DNA from: Octopus sinensis
Lineage: Eukaryota
Assembly (NCBI RefSeq): GCF_006345805.1
Contig: NC_043006.1
Location: 372,001-436,000, forward strand
Direction: 5' to 3'
Length of the DNA: 64,000 nt
The translations under genes were made by a program, and so were the position numbers. Below the pieces are notes generated by a model, which was given only the letters and a program-made list of their open reading frames with translations, was not told where the DNA came from and did not search any database. Numbering within the stretch: position 1 is the stretch's first letter; every line of letters starts with the position of its first letter. Positions 51,166 to 64,000 of this stretch are shown here, in pieces.

Positions 51166-51558
51166 CTAGCAGTATTGCCCGGCGTTGCTCGGGTTTGTAA
51201 GGGAAATAACTATATAAGCATTTTTAGAGAGTTATAGCCAAAAAATAGCAAAAAAATGCATTAAAATGGAAAAAAATTATGGTAAATTTTTTTTTAAATC
51301 GTTGACTCATCGTAGACATTTTTAGAGAGTTACTTCCCTTATATAATAGCGAAAAAATGCATTAAAATGGAAAAAAATTATGGTAAATTTTTTTTTAAAT
51401 CGTAGACTCATCATAGACGCGCGCTAATACCCAGAAGGGCTCGATATGAATCACGACTATAAGATACCCGGTTTTGGTTAAACTGCACCGCAAAATGTGG
51501 GAGTAAGGAATCTAAATCGTAGGAGACAGACACACAACCTCTCTTTTATATATAAAGA
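51166..51558 (-). mobile_element. Non-autonomous Helitron-like element
   Basis: Minus strand 5' TC...cccgagcaacgccgggcaatactgCTAG. Near-identical to 21421-22075 but lacks its ~220-bp internal segment. Confidence 0.75.
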
Positions 51559-51569
51559 TATATCTTTAA

Positions 51570-51707
51570 AATTATAATTTAGGGTATCTAAGAGATACCA
51601 CCACGCTTGAAATAGCAGTCAAAGCCACATTTAATGTGGTTTTATAGTCAAGTTTTGACTGCTATTTCAAGCGTGGTGGTATCTCTTAGATACCCTAAAT
51701 TATAATT
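51570..51707. repeat. Perfect 54-bp inverted repeat with 30-bp spacer
   Basis: aattataatttagggtatc...gcagtcaaa (51570-51623) and tttgactgc...ccctaaattataatt (51654-51707). Confidence 0.9.
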
Positions 51708-52159
51708 ATTACTTTTGAAAAGTTTTTTTTTTCCCCATGCTGGTTACCTGATAAGATTGGTATTTAAATATCGATCTTTTGGATTCACTTGTCTACACTT
51801 GAACTGACTAGCGACATTTCTGTAACAGTTGTTAGGTTTCACAAATTACAAAGGTTTATTTTTTTAAAATTCCCAGGATAACAGGAAAAAATGCAAGTGT
51901 GAAGTGTCTACAGTTTAAACTAAACATGTTTTTGTTATTTGGAATTGGTATTTTTTTTCTTATTAATTGTAAGTTATTTGTTTTTCCCAACCAAAAGTGC
52001 CAATTAATGTACATCTTGTTTCTTTTTTGAAGATTGCTGAATTAAAAACTCCTCCTCATTATTTCCATCCACTATTAACCATCATCGGCATCAGCATCCT
52101 CATCATCATCTCCGTCATCAAGAATTTTAAATAACATCATCACCCAAAAAACAAATCAT

Positions 52160-53045
52160 TCACTGTCCTACCTTTACCACCAGCACCACCATCACCACCA
52201 CCACCACCACCTCCGCCACCACCACCACCAGCATCACCTCTGCCACCAGCACCACCACCTCCGCCACCACCACCAGCACCACCACCTTCCACCACCACCT
52301 TCAACCACCACCTCCGCCACAACCACCACCACCACCACCACCAATGCCAATATCGCCTGCCTACCCACCACCACTGCCACATGACTCCCCCACAATTGCT
52401 ACATCACCCCCACCTCTACTAATAGCACCACAACTGCACTTTATCATCATCATCGCTATCACTACCACCAATACCAATACCAACACTACTAATGTCACTA
52501 TCACTAATATCTCCTTCATTATCACTACGACAATATCATCCCACCACCACAAGTACTTGTGTCATCACTACATTGCACTGTCATCACTACCACAATCTCT
52601 TGCATCGCCCCCACCTCCCATCGCTCCCATTACTACCACTACTACAAGAACATCAATAGCACTACCACCACGACCATTAACACTACCATAACCATCACCA
52701 CCATCACCACCACTACCACCACAACCATTACCATCCCCATCACAACAACCATCATCATCACCACCACAACCATTACCACCACCACTACCACTACCACTAC
52801 CATAACCGTCACCATCACAACTATCACCACCACCACCACCACCATAACCATCACCATCACAATAACTATCATCAACACCACCACTACCACAACCATTACC
52901 ACCACCACCATAACCATCACCATCACAACAACCATCATCAACACCACCACCACAACTATTACCACCACCACCACCACTACCCCCACCACCACCACCATCA
53001 CCACCACTACCATCACAATCATCATCACCACCACCACCATTATCA
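52160..53045. repeat. Degenerate (CAC/CAT)n trinucleotide low-complexity tract
   Basis: Directly visible. The poly-T/V/G ORFs here are artefacts. Confidence 0.9.
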
Positions 53046-53693
53046 TTTGTCTAGTAAGAATGTTATCTGTAAACAGGATGTGTAGCAAAGGGATTGGTCC
53101 TGCTTTTAGGACCCACTTAAAAGCCTGCTGCAAAGAATTTCACTGTAATTAGCTGACACTCATTTATCTAATATTGCATGTTTTCTGAGTTTGATTGCTA
53201 AACTAGCTTTATCAGGGCCAAATGGATGGTGGTCTGTTATTTTTATTTATTCCATATCACAATTGGAGAAAAACTGCCTCATCGGTTATGGTGGTGGGGT
53301 GTTTTGAGGGGCCAGTCGTTGGGTCACTGGTTCTTATGATTGCAAGCGTGATGAGGGAGTGTCTAACATGATGTAGAATGTATATCAGGGAAGATTTTAG
53401 TTATGAAGCTGTTTGTTTTGTTGCTTAGTTGGTTAATGTATGTATACATGTATACATTCATTAATGTGTGCATACATTCGTACATGCATGTAAGCATACA
53501 TGCATGTATATGTACATTCATGCATTCAAACAAGCAGGAGTGGCTGTATGGTAAGTAGCTTGTTTACCAACCACATGGTTCCGAGTTCAGTCCCACTGCG
53601 TGGCACCTTGGGCAAGTGTCTTCTACTATAGCCTCGGGCCGACCAAAGCCTTGTGAGTGGATTTGGTAGACGGAAACTGAAGGAAGCCCGTCG

Positions 53694-53724
<31 letters not shown>

Positions 53725-54219
53725 TTGTGTGTCTGTGTTTGTCCCCCTAGCATTGCTTGACAACCGATGCTGGTGTGTTTACGTCCCCGTCACTTAGCGG
53801 TTCGGCAAAAGAGACCGATAGAATAAGTACTGGGCTTACAAAGAATATGTCCCGGGGTCGAGTTGCTCGACTAAAGGCGGTGCTCCAGCAGGGCCGCAGT
53901 CAAATGACTGAAACAAGTAAAAGAGTAAAAAGAGAAAAGAGTATGTGTAGATACTTTTGTACTTACATGTAAACATGCATTTACACATTTATATTTGTAT
54001 ATATACATGCATGCATGTATACCTACATACATACATATGTACATACCTAGGTACATACCTACGTACATACATATGTACATACGTACGTGTGTGCATATGC
54101 ATGTGTGCTTATGTGCGTACCTGCATACATACATACATACGTACATGTGTGTGTATGTGCGTGTGTGCATCTGTGCATGCATGTGTACATATGTACATAC
54201 ATACATGCATACATGCAGC

Positions 54220-54540
54220 TACTCTATCCAGATTACAAGTTCATGTTTATACCTGCAATTATTAGGGCACTGAGATGTGTAACACACTGCCTAAATACCA
54301 ATCTTGAGAAATCAGGCTTCTCAAAACCAGAAAAGAGAAAGCTGATTCAAAGACTACAGATCCAAGCTATCACTGGAACTGTAAAAATCTGTAAAACTTT
54401 TCAGAAGTTTATCATTTATGTATATATGAGCATGTCTAGATATGCAACTATATGTATGAGAATACATACATAAAACAAAGCCTATAAATCTGTAAATATA
54501 CATACATGCGAAAATACCCTGTTGATGTTGAAATTCCAAA
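54220..54540 (+). mobile_element. 3' end of an RLE-type (R4/NeSL-like) non-LTR element
   Basis: FIPAIIRAL...LQIQAITGTVKICKTF resembles the P.VIGALG...LQ....GT..I C-terminus of RLE elements. Confidence 0.5.
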
Positions 54541-54704
54541 GGAGTGAACTGGAGCTAGGTGAAATAAAGTGTCTTGCTCAAGAACACAATACACAGCCTG
54601 GTCTGGGAATCGAACTCACTACCTCGTGATTGTGAGCCTGATGCTCTTACCACTGAGCAATGCTCCTTTACATACATTCATACACACATACATATATAGA
54701 ACCA

Positions 54705-55636
54705 TATCAGTGTACTTACTCGACAGAGCGTTAGTACCTTGAGAGAAATGTTGTACCTAAGAAGCATCAGTTGTTGTGTGCAAGAGAGACGATTGCGCTG
54801 GTATGGTCATGTGGCGAGAATGGATGAAGATAGGTGTGTGAGAAAGTGCCAATCCCTAGCAGTTGAGGGAACCCGTGGAAGAGGTAGACCCAGGAAAACC
54901 TGGGACGAAGTGGTGAAGCACGACCTTCGGACGTTAGGTCTCACCATGGAATGACTAGAGACCGAGACCTATGGAAGTATGCTGTGCGTGAGAAGACCCG
55001 GCAAGACTAGTGAAGCCATAATCCGTGGCCCCTACCTGGGACGTAGTCAGTCCACCTGTGCATACCTTCCTTCTTGTGACACTTGTGAAGACCTGTTGAG
55101 GCAAGTGAGAATCGAATCGAATCAAATCAAATCAAATCGAACCAAATCAAAATAGATGAACATCAATGGAATTTGTATCCTTGTGGTACCAGTGCCGGTG
55201 GCACATAAGAAAACCATCCGAACGTGATCGTAGCCAGTACCGCAACGACTGGCCTCCGTGCTGAGGGCACATAACAAACACCATCCGAGCGTGGCCGTCC
55301 GCCAGCCCCGTCTGGCACCTGTGTCGGTGACACATAAGAAAACACCATCCGAGCGTGGCCGTCAGCCAGCCTCGTCTGGCACCTGTGTCGGTGGCACATA
55401 AAAAACACCATCCGAGCGTGGCCGTCTGCCAGCCTCGTCTGGCACCTGTGTCGGTGGCACATAAAATCACCCACTACACTCTCGGAGTGGTTGGCGTTAG
55501 GAAGGGCATCCAGCTGTAGAAACACTGCCAGATCTGACTGGCCTGGTGCAGCCTTCGGGCTTGCCAGACCCCAGTTGAACCGTCCAACCCATGCTAGCAT
55601 GGAAAGCGGACGTTAAACGATGATGATGATGATGAT
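54705..55636 (+). mobile_element. RTE 3' fragment, same subfamily as 38735-41087
   Basis: Nearly identical to 40324-41087, with two extra ~64-bp 3' UTR units. Confidence 0.9.
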
Positions 55637-56242
55637 CAGTATCACCACTACCAATACTACCAACATCACCACCACCACTACCATGGCCGTCATTATAAGC
55701 ATCAAAAATACCACCACCACCACCATCAACAGCACCACCACCACCACCACCACCACTTATATACATATACGTATACATATATAGTGAACTAGACATTTGC
55801 GAACTAAACATCAGGAAAACAAAAACACTCAACAGAAAAAAGGAATCAACAACATACTCCTATAAAAACGGTATGAACATTCAGTCAGAGAAATCAAAGG
55901 AACTGGCTATTCAACAACCGTCATCCCTAATTGTGATCCTGATGCAACTACGTGCCAGGATCAAGGGCTCTCCACTCAGGTCACTCATCACATTCACTAC
56001 AGCAGTCCCCATTGCTTCCTTGGTACTGTGGAGAGCTATGAGGCTATATGATGTTGCGGGTCACATTGTTACAAGGGTTTTTTCCAGGTCTTGTCAGACA
56101 TAACCTGTCCACCCTCATCATGTTAGTCTTGTACCTGATGTCCACATGCAACATGAATCTGATAAAAATACTCCTCTACATTACTCTAGTGATGGTCCTC
56201 ATTGACCCCCTGGGGTTGTCAATGATATGCTAGACTTGATAT

Positions 56243-56490
56243 GGTGGTGAGCTGGCAGAACTGTTAGCACGCCGGGTGAAATGCATAGCCATATTTTGTC
56301 TGCTGTTACGTTCTGAGTTCAAATTCCGCCGAGGTTGACTTTGCCTTTCATCCTTTTATGCCTTTCATCCTTTCAGGGTCGATAAATTAAGTTCCAGTTA
56401 TGCACAGGGGTCGATGTAATCGACATAATCCATTTCTCTGTCCTTGTTTGTCCTCTCTGTGTTTAGCCCCTTGTGGGCAATAAAGAAATA
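56243..56490 (+). mobile_element. SINE family B with 14-bp target-site duplication
   Basis: gatatgctagactt at 56224-56237 and 56491-56504. Confidence 0.9.
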
Positions 56491-56950
56491 GATATGCTAG
56501 ACTTCTAACCAGCACATAGTTTGATGAAGATGAGCAGGCTGAAAATTTGAGGTTTTTCTTTGCAAAAGATAGTACATATGTACCCTGAATATTTTCCTTG
56601 CAAAAGATAGTACATATGTACTTTGCTACAAGGTACTGTTTCACTCACTTTAGTGTCAAATTATTTGTATGTATAACTTGACTTAAAAGCAAGCAGTAAA
56701 TATAGTTTATATTGTCATGTATGTATAGTGAAAGAGTAATGCAATTCAAAAAAGATCATGATACAGGAAGTTAGGAAGCATTAAGCATGTACACAGCTTG
56801 TGTACCTGACAAGAAGTGGATAATATATGATTGACAAACGTTATTAACTGGTGAAAGTTGCTACTTATGTAAATATAACTTGAAAAGTGTAAGGATCCTT
56901 GCACTCTTTGATTTATGTGTGTATATATATATATAATATATATATATATA

Positions 56951-57346
56951 CTAGTAGTATAGCCTAGTGTTGCTCAGGCTTGTTTTTTCGACCCTTTAGA
57001 ATTGGAATTTTTGAAAAGTAAAAACTTTGCATTATATAGCTTGTTATTCTCTTTAAGTGAATATTTTTCTGGTGGAAATACATCGCAAAATGGCAACACA
57101 GCAGTCAAAAAATCGTAAAAAATAGGGATTTTCATAGGAAAAAAAGCACCTTTTTGATGTAAACAATTTTTGGTGTTAACATGGTCCGATTTGAATTTTT
57201 TCTCTTACAGAAGGAAGAGCAAGCCTTCTTCTATCATACTCTCAATTTTGGTCAACTTGCGCTGCAGAGTCTCAGAGAAGATAGTGTTAGTTGAAGGCCA
57301 CCAAACCTGCCACACACAGACAACTTTAGCTTTATATATATATAGA
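56951..57346 (-). mobile_element. Non-autonomous Helitron-like element (second family)
   Basis: Minus-strand 5' TCtatatata..aaagctaaagttgtctgtgtg and 3' ctgagcaacactaggctatactaCTAG. Confidence 0.6.
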
Positions 57347-57568
57347 TATATCTGAAAAAGTGAATAGCAATTACTTTTCTGATTATTTTCCCACTTTAAT
57401 AATTAGATGTTTATATGTCATTAGGTGTTTCCAAAATGCCTAATAACTTTTTATCTTTTAATTATTAAAATGGAAAAATTATCAGAAAAGCCATATTCAT
57501 TTTTTCAAATATATATAAGTGTACCAAGGACTTTCCATTTCATATTTTACTATATATATATATATATA

Positions 57569-58803
57569 TCAGGTCATCCCATAAGTTCTGTCCAATTTTA
57601 CCTTTTTTAAAATTGAATGAAATTTAATAGTATTTTAGAATGTCCAATGGAATTTAAAATTATTTTTATGCATTTGTGTACATTTAAACTAATTAAATAT
57701 TATTTTACAGAATAATAGAATTAAAATTTCTTTGATTTAAAACCCTTTCTAACATGGAATTATCCAAACAGCATAATGCTTTATGAGTACAAGAAAGGAA
57801 ACTCTGCAGCCGAAGCGACTCGAAACATACACTCAGTTTATGGGAAAGAATGCTTGAATGAAAGAACTTGTAGAAGATGATTTCAGCCTTGAAGATGAAG
57901 ATCGAATGGGATGTCCAGTTAAGTTTGATGATAAGCTCCTTGAGGCATTACTTGAAGAAGATCCTGCATTATCAGCTGAATAATTGGCAATAAAGCTTAG
58001 TTCAAATCATACAACTGTTCATCGTCATCTTCAACAACTTGGAAAGGTTCCTAAACATGGAAAATGGGTGCCTCATGAATTGTCCAAAAGCAACTGCAAA
58101 TCCCGAGTTGACATCTGCTCTTCTCTCCATTCTTGTGAACTCATTTCACCCATTTTGGATAGACTTGTGACTGGTGACGGAATGTTAAATGTCGTAAACG
58201 GTGTCTTGGTAAAAGAGAAAAAACTCAACCACAACTGAGAAGGGAACTTCATGGGGAAAAAGGTTCTTCTATCTATCTGGTGGGATTGCAAAGGCATAAT
58301 TCACTTTGAATTGCTACCACCTAATGCAACAATCAATGCTCAAGTCTACTGTCAGCAATTAGAGCGTTTGAACCAAGCTTTGAAGGAAAAAAGACCCGCT
58401 TTAGTGAATCGAAAAGGAGTGATGTTTCATCAGGACAATGCACGACCCCACACAGCAAAGATCACACCACAGAAGATGGAAGAGCTTGGTTGGGAAAAAA
58501 TTCCTCATCCACTTTATTCTCCCAACCTTACTCCTTCAGACTAACATTTATTTTGTAGTTTACAGAATCATTTGGGGGACATAACTTTTGCAAGCCAGGA
58601 GGAGGTCGAAACTGACATTTCAGAGTTCTTTGCTTTGAAACCAAGAGTTTTACATTGATGGGATTAAAAAGCTTGTAAATAGATGGAAGGAAGTCATAGA
58701 TAATCAGGGAAAGTACAGTGATGATTAAATTTCAATTAAATATAACATTTGATCACTTGTTTTCTTTATTCAAAATTTAGACAGAACTTATGGGATGACC
58801 TGA
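57569..58803 (+). mobile_element. Full-length degenerate mariner (DD34D) transposon
   Basis: TIRs tcaggtcatcccataagttctgtc / gacagaacttatgggatgacctga, inserted in TA. Motifs WVPHEL, VTGD, FHQDNARPH, YSPNL.PSD. Stops and deletions. Confidence 0.92.
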
Positions 58804-58821
58804 TGTGTGTGTATATATGTA

Positions 58822-58855
<34 letters not shown>

Positions 58856-59104
58856 GAGGCGGTTTCAATTCCCAGACCAGGCGTTGTGAGTGTTTATTGA
58901 GCGAAAACACCTAAAGCTCCATGCGGCTCCGGCAGTGGGTGGTGGCGATCCCTGCTGTACTCTTTCGCCACAACTTACTCTCACTCTTTCTTCTGTTGGC
59001 CTGCTCGCTTAGCCAGCGGGATGGCGTCATTTCAAGGCTAAAACAATGCAAAGCGCATTGTGACCAGCAGTGTGTAGCAACATCTGATAGCCTGGTCGGT
59101 CACG

Positions 59105-59146
<42 letters not shown>

Positions 59147-59750
59147 GGTGTGTGTGTGTATATAAATGTATGTGTATTTTTTCAATGTGTAAAGATAACA
59201 CTAAAAAATAAATAAATAGTTACCAGGGTAGCAAAAAATTCATGTAAGTACCAAGGTTGTTACAGCCTACCTTTGAAGGTAGAAATTTCAGGGTTTGATG
59301 AAAAGTTTCTGTAGAATAGTTTGTTATGCAAAAACTTTTCACTAAACCCTGGAATTTCTACCTTATTATATGTGTGTGTAGGTGTGGGCGTGTATGTGTA
59401 TTTGTGTGTGTATATATATATGTATATGTGAAGGAACGTGATATTGTGATTAGGATAATTGAGTCACAACCATAAGGACGTGATTTCAATTCCCGACGAT
59501 GTGTTGTGTCCTTGAGCAAGACACTTTATTTCATGTGGCAGCAGTCCACTTGGCTGGCAAAAGTGAGTAGTACCTGTATTTCAAAGGGCTGGCTTTGTCA
59601 TGTCCTGTGTCATACTGAGTCTCCTTGAGAACTATGTTAAGAGTATGCATGTCTGTGGAGTGTTCAACCACTTGTCTGTTAATTTCATGAGCAGCTGTTC
59701 TGTTGATTGGATCAACAGGAACCCCTGTCATCGTTGTAAGCACTGGAGAA

Positions 59751-59786
<36 letters not shown>

Positions 59787-59802
59787 ATATACATATATAT
59801 GG

Positions 59803-59835
<33 letters not shown>

Positions 59836-59889
59836 CATATATATGTGTGTGTATATGTATATATATGTATATATATGTCTGTGTATATG

Positions 59890-59926
<37 letters not shown>

Positions 59927-59985
59927 GTATATGTATGTATATATATGTATATGTATGTATATATATGTATATGTATGTATATATG

Positions 59986-60017
<32 letters not shown>

Positions 60018-60964
60018 AACATACATGTATATACATGCCAGCTAAGCTAAGTTGAACTGTCTAAAGTCATAAGACACCCACTGTTTTTGTCCTGTTATTA
60101 CTATTATTGTTTTTTGTATTTATATTCGTGTGGCATTGTCCGTTTTTCTGTCCTTGTTTCGTATACATTCGATCCTTTTTCCAAGAAATCTAATGCTCAT
60201 ATCTTAGTTTTTCCTTGGGGCTGGCCGGATCGGAGCGATCTCAAGATTAATCAGCCGAAATTGTGAGGATGATCCGGTTCTATACATACATATAATAATA
60301 ATATTAGGGAATATAACTCCAAACTTACAGGGAAAAATTCAGTTTAGTATTAAATCAAATTTCAATATAAATATACAATATATAAATTAGAGAAAAAAAA
60401 CCACTGTTGTGGAATTCAAACAATGATAGACATAAACCAAATCATAAATAAAAGATAAAATATATTTTTATAAAACATAATTCGATCACAAAAAGTATAA
60501 AAATGAATAATCAATATATAATAAGTAAAGAAAACTATGTACATTTTATGGCTATAATTAAATTCGAATTACAATTAAATTTAAATTTAATCGAAAATCA
60601 ATTCAATTTAAAATTATAGTCACTCTTCAGGTTAACAATAATAGTTAAATAAATAAGCAAATAGAGTTAAACAATATTTACTAAAAAAATAAAATAATGA
60701 TTTTTCTTATAGAAGAAACTCCATTAACTAAATTTGAAACTTAAAACATTATGATCAGTTGCCTACAATACATTTATTATGTTAAATATTTAAGGTAAGA
60801 AATAGATAGAAAAATGTATTTATCTGTGAAGATATAATTTCGCTTAATAAAAAACATTAATAAACTATAGAATATCTTTAACCTAGTTATACTCTAATAT
60901 TTAATAGAACTATAATCTAAAAATATTAAGAGTGATTGTTTTGTAAAATAGTTTGGTAATTAGA

Positions 60965-61960
60965 CATGCTCTCGAAGGAAATCTCTGTGTTAGACCAAAA
61001 AGAGAAAGGGGAGCTTAAAAGTGAACAAAAACACAGGGTGCAGAAAAGGAAGTATAATATTGAAAGAAAGGGCCTGAAAGTGGTAATGGAGCAACTGAAA
61101 CAGCACCTCATTGCAAAGAAAGCAAAGATGGTAAAATATGAGCAAAGAATGAAGGGTTACCACCAGAATAGATTATTCAGAGTAGATCAGAAGGGATTCT
61201 GTAAAGACATAAATGGAGAGTGAACACATGGAAGCTGATAGCAGATAACATCGAAAGTGAAAGGTTTTGGAGAGACATCTGGAGCAAAGACAAGGAGAGC
61301 AAGAAGGATGCTGAATGGTTGCAAGAACGGAAACAAACAGTGGTCTGTCCAAAACAGGCAGAACTAGTCATTTCAGTTAGGGAAGTGAAGGAAATGAGCA
61401 ACTGGAAGGCCCGTGGACCAAATAGAGTTCAAGGCTGCCGGGTCAAAAGATTTAGTGAATGTCATGCACAAATAGCTGCACAATTCAACACCTTGTTAAA
61501 TGCCGACCAAGCAACACCAGATTAGTTGACATTGGGTAGGACAGTGCTGTGCATGAAAAACATAAAAAAAAAGCAATACTGTAGACAATTACAGGCCGAT
61601 GTCCTGTTTGCCACTTATATGCAAGTTATTGATTGGAATAGTCGCAGAGTCAATGTACAAAAACCTGGAAAAAATGGAGTCCTGTCACATAAGCAGAAGG
61701 GTTGCAAGCGTAAGTGCAAGACAGATTGTATGTACCAAGAAAAAGATGAGGAAGAGGACTTATTGGATGTGAACCCAGCATTTAAAGAAGAAAACAACGT
61801 AGCATGGTATGTAAAAAATGCCACAGAACTGCTATTATTGGAAGTAAGAAGGTCAGGCTTGTGTGGGATGAAAGATTGCAAAGATAAAGCACAAAACAAG
61901 AAATTGAAAAGAGGTGGGTAAAGAAAAGAATGCATGGTCATTTTCATAGGTGTGTTGACT
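60965..61960 (+). mobile_element. Degraded R4/Dong-like non-LTR RT fragment
   Basis: HQNRLF, FWRDIWS, NWKA.GP...[22 protein letters not shown]. Many stops and an internal deletion. Confidence 0.65.
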
Positions 61961-61961
61961 A

Positions 61962-62009
<48 letters not shown>

Positions 62010-63055
62010 GTTGTTGTTGTGTTAGTATTCTTAATTTTATTAATTTTCATATTGTTGGTATTAGTTTTGTTATCGTTTTTAATATTGTTAGTTATCTTAG
62101 TTTGGGTTTTTATCATTATTTCTACAGTTTTTTTGATATTATTGGTATTAATCTTATCTATGTTGTTCATATTGTTAATGTGGTTGTTACTTTCATTTAG
62201 AGTGTGGTTAGTGTTGTGATAATTGTCTTGTTGATAATTTATGTTGTTCCAGTTATTTATATAATGTTCTAAGTTTAGGTATTTAATTTTTTGTTTATAA
62301 ACTGCTTTCTCTAATGTGCTATTGTAGAATTCCTTATACTTATTAAAGATATCTAGGTTAGAAGGGAAGTGTGAAGTTTTTTTGCTATTGCTATGTACTA
62401 ATCCTCTTTTAATAAAGTTGGGATGGTTACTGGATGCGCTTATATACTTGTGGTTTGTATTAGGTTTTATGTAGGGTTCATAGAATCCCATGGCTAGGTT
62501 GCAGTTGGCATCTAAATAATTTATAGAGTTACGTTCCTTATCTATAGTAATAGTTAGGCTGATTCATTAAAAAAATTTATATAATTTTTTCTTAATCAGT
62601 TCTACTCTCCTATTTGAGATGTTTTTTAGTATGAAGGGTGCATCATCTCTATATAGCCCACCTTTTATTTCTGGGAATTCTTCCTGTAGGTATAACAAAT
62701 ACATACCTGCTAAGTCTGTTACCTGTGCTCAGTCTGGGGCTTCCATAGTGATATCGAAGTTATTACTGATTTTCTAAAATTACATTAATTTCCTTCGTTG
62801 TTAGTTGGGTATGATTTTTGGTGAAGATACGAGCACTTTTAAGGATATCAGGGTTAATAGAAGAGTTGTCATCTTCTATGTCTATTTGTAGGAACTTGTA
62901 ATTTTTCTTGTTCTGTATTTTGGAGAAGCAGTTTAAAGCTTCGTAGGTGTTGGACCATAGTTCTAGGGCTATCATATTCTTTAATTTAAGGATATATTTA
63001 TCTAATATTAATTTACTTAATTTACATAGATTGGACTTATTGGGGCATATCAATC
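62010..63055 (-). mobile_element. Second, degraded Naiad-type Penelope-like element
   Basis: SKLILDKYI, LWSNT, FLQIDI, FDITM, GLYRDD, NYLD, YISASSNHP; homologous to 8113-12382. Confidence 0.8.
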
Positions 63056-63964
63056 CATGTCTACAACAATTACAGTACTGTTACACTTCTTCTCAGCACC
63101 TGGTAAGGTCTTTACTAGAGTGTACAATCCTCTTGCATCTCAGTGGTCAGAGCAGTCAGGGTTCATGCCAAAGAGGTAAACTACTAACAGGATCCTGGCG
63201 CTTTGTGTACTTATTGAATGCATGTGGAGCTTTTGGCAGGGACTCATGTGGGTTGACTACATGCCACATGGTCATGGTAGATGGGGAGGTATCTCGCAGA
63301 GATGGGGGCTGACTTGGACTCTCCTCAATGGGTCGCCAGGTAGAACCCTGGAATACCAACAAATAGTGAATGAAGCAATGTGGTGCAGTGTTGCATGCTT
63401 CCACATCTGACCTGACATTTGTGCCATAGTTTTTGCTCTATATCTTCTATTACTTGTTTCAATCATTGGACCTCAGCCATGGTGGGGCACCTCTTGAAGG
63501 GTTTTAGTCAATTGAATAAAAAAAAAAATAAAAAACTAGCATTGGTTATCAAGTGGTGGTTTTGGACAAAACAAACATATACACATAGCTGAGTGAGATT
63601 TTGAAGTCATTGTCAATCCTATTCTTGTTAAAGATTGATAAATTGTACTCTACCAATTATATTGAGAAATCCATCAGTTTAATTTCAACTGTTTTTATTA
63701 TAACATGAAAACAAATATGTATTTATATATGTGAATCTTACATTGCTTATAAACTCTACATCTGGATGGACTCATATTAAACTCTGTTGGACTTTTGGAT
63801 TTTACTCAAAGGATATTGGAATATTACACATATATAACATTATGCCTATAAAACGGATTTATGAATTCAATAACCATACACATCTTGCATCTATTTTCTT
63901 TCCTCCACCTCACTCTCTATTTGTATCACATCGAAACTAACTATGACTTAATTTTTCTTCTTAC

Positions 63965-64000
63965 GCCATCTCCGATGAAGGGATATTATTAATTAATATC
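63965..64000 (+). ncRNA. Possible hammerhead 5' half, cut by window edge
   Basis: CCGATGA (63972-78) followed by hairpin gatatt...aatatc. The GAAA half would lie beyond the window. Confidence 0.3.

Noticed and set aside
51745-51825. Minus-strand AG...GT-bounded 73-nt open frame
   Set aside because: Adjacent to repeat-derived sequence, peptide not recognisable, isolated.
52140-53152. Mucin-like or Gly-rich ORFs
   Set aside because: Translations of a degenerate trinucleotide tract, open in several frames.
59531-60055. YI/CV/HT-rich ORFs (also ~1009-1381, 22027-22454, 30815-31386, 53871-54273)
   Set aside because: Dinucleotide microsatellite artefacts.

Overview
AT-rich eukaryotic genomic DNA made almost entirely of transposable elements and microsatellites. 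The SINE/RTE families look like those of Octopus (coleoid cephalopod); this is recognition, not a database result. I found no convincing host protein-coding exon, rRNA, genuine tRNA or CRISPR array. Main contents: (1) a Penelope-like retroelement (Naiad-type RT + GIY-YIG, 8113-12382), split by a GC-rich CR1-type LINE with a 4-bp AGTA target duplication, and carrying a well-paired type I hammerhead ribozyme in its 3' UTR; (2) several more hammerhead-like motifs in Penelope-derived repeats; (3) a near-full-length RTE LINE (15395-19392) with a PHD finger inside the RT domain and a possible in-frame intron at its 5' end, plus truncated copies; (4) an ORF1/gag-only (CCHC) element whose 3' tail matches a local SINE family; (5) non-autonomous Helitrons, mariner/Tc1 relics, R4/Dong-like relics, at least three tRNA-derived SINE families and several local inverted or tandem duplications. 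Boundaries of degraded elements were read by eye and are approximate.
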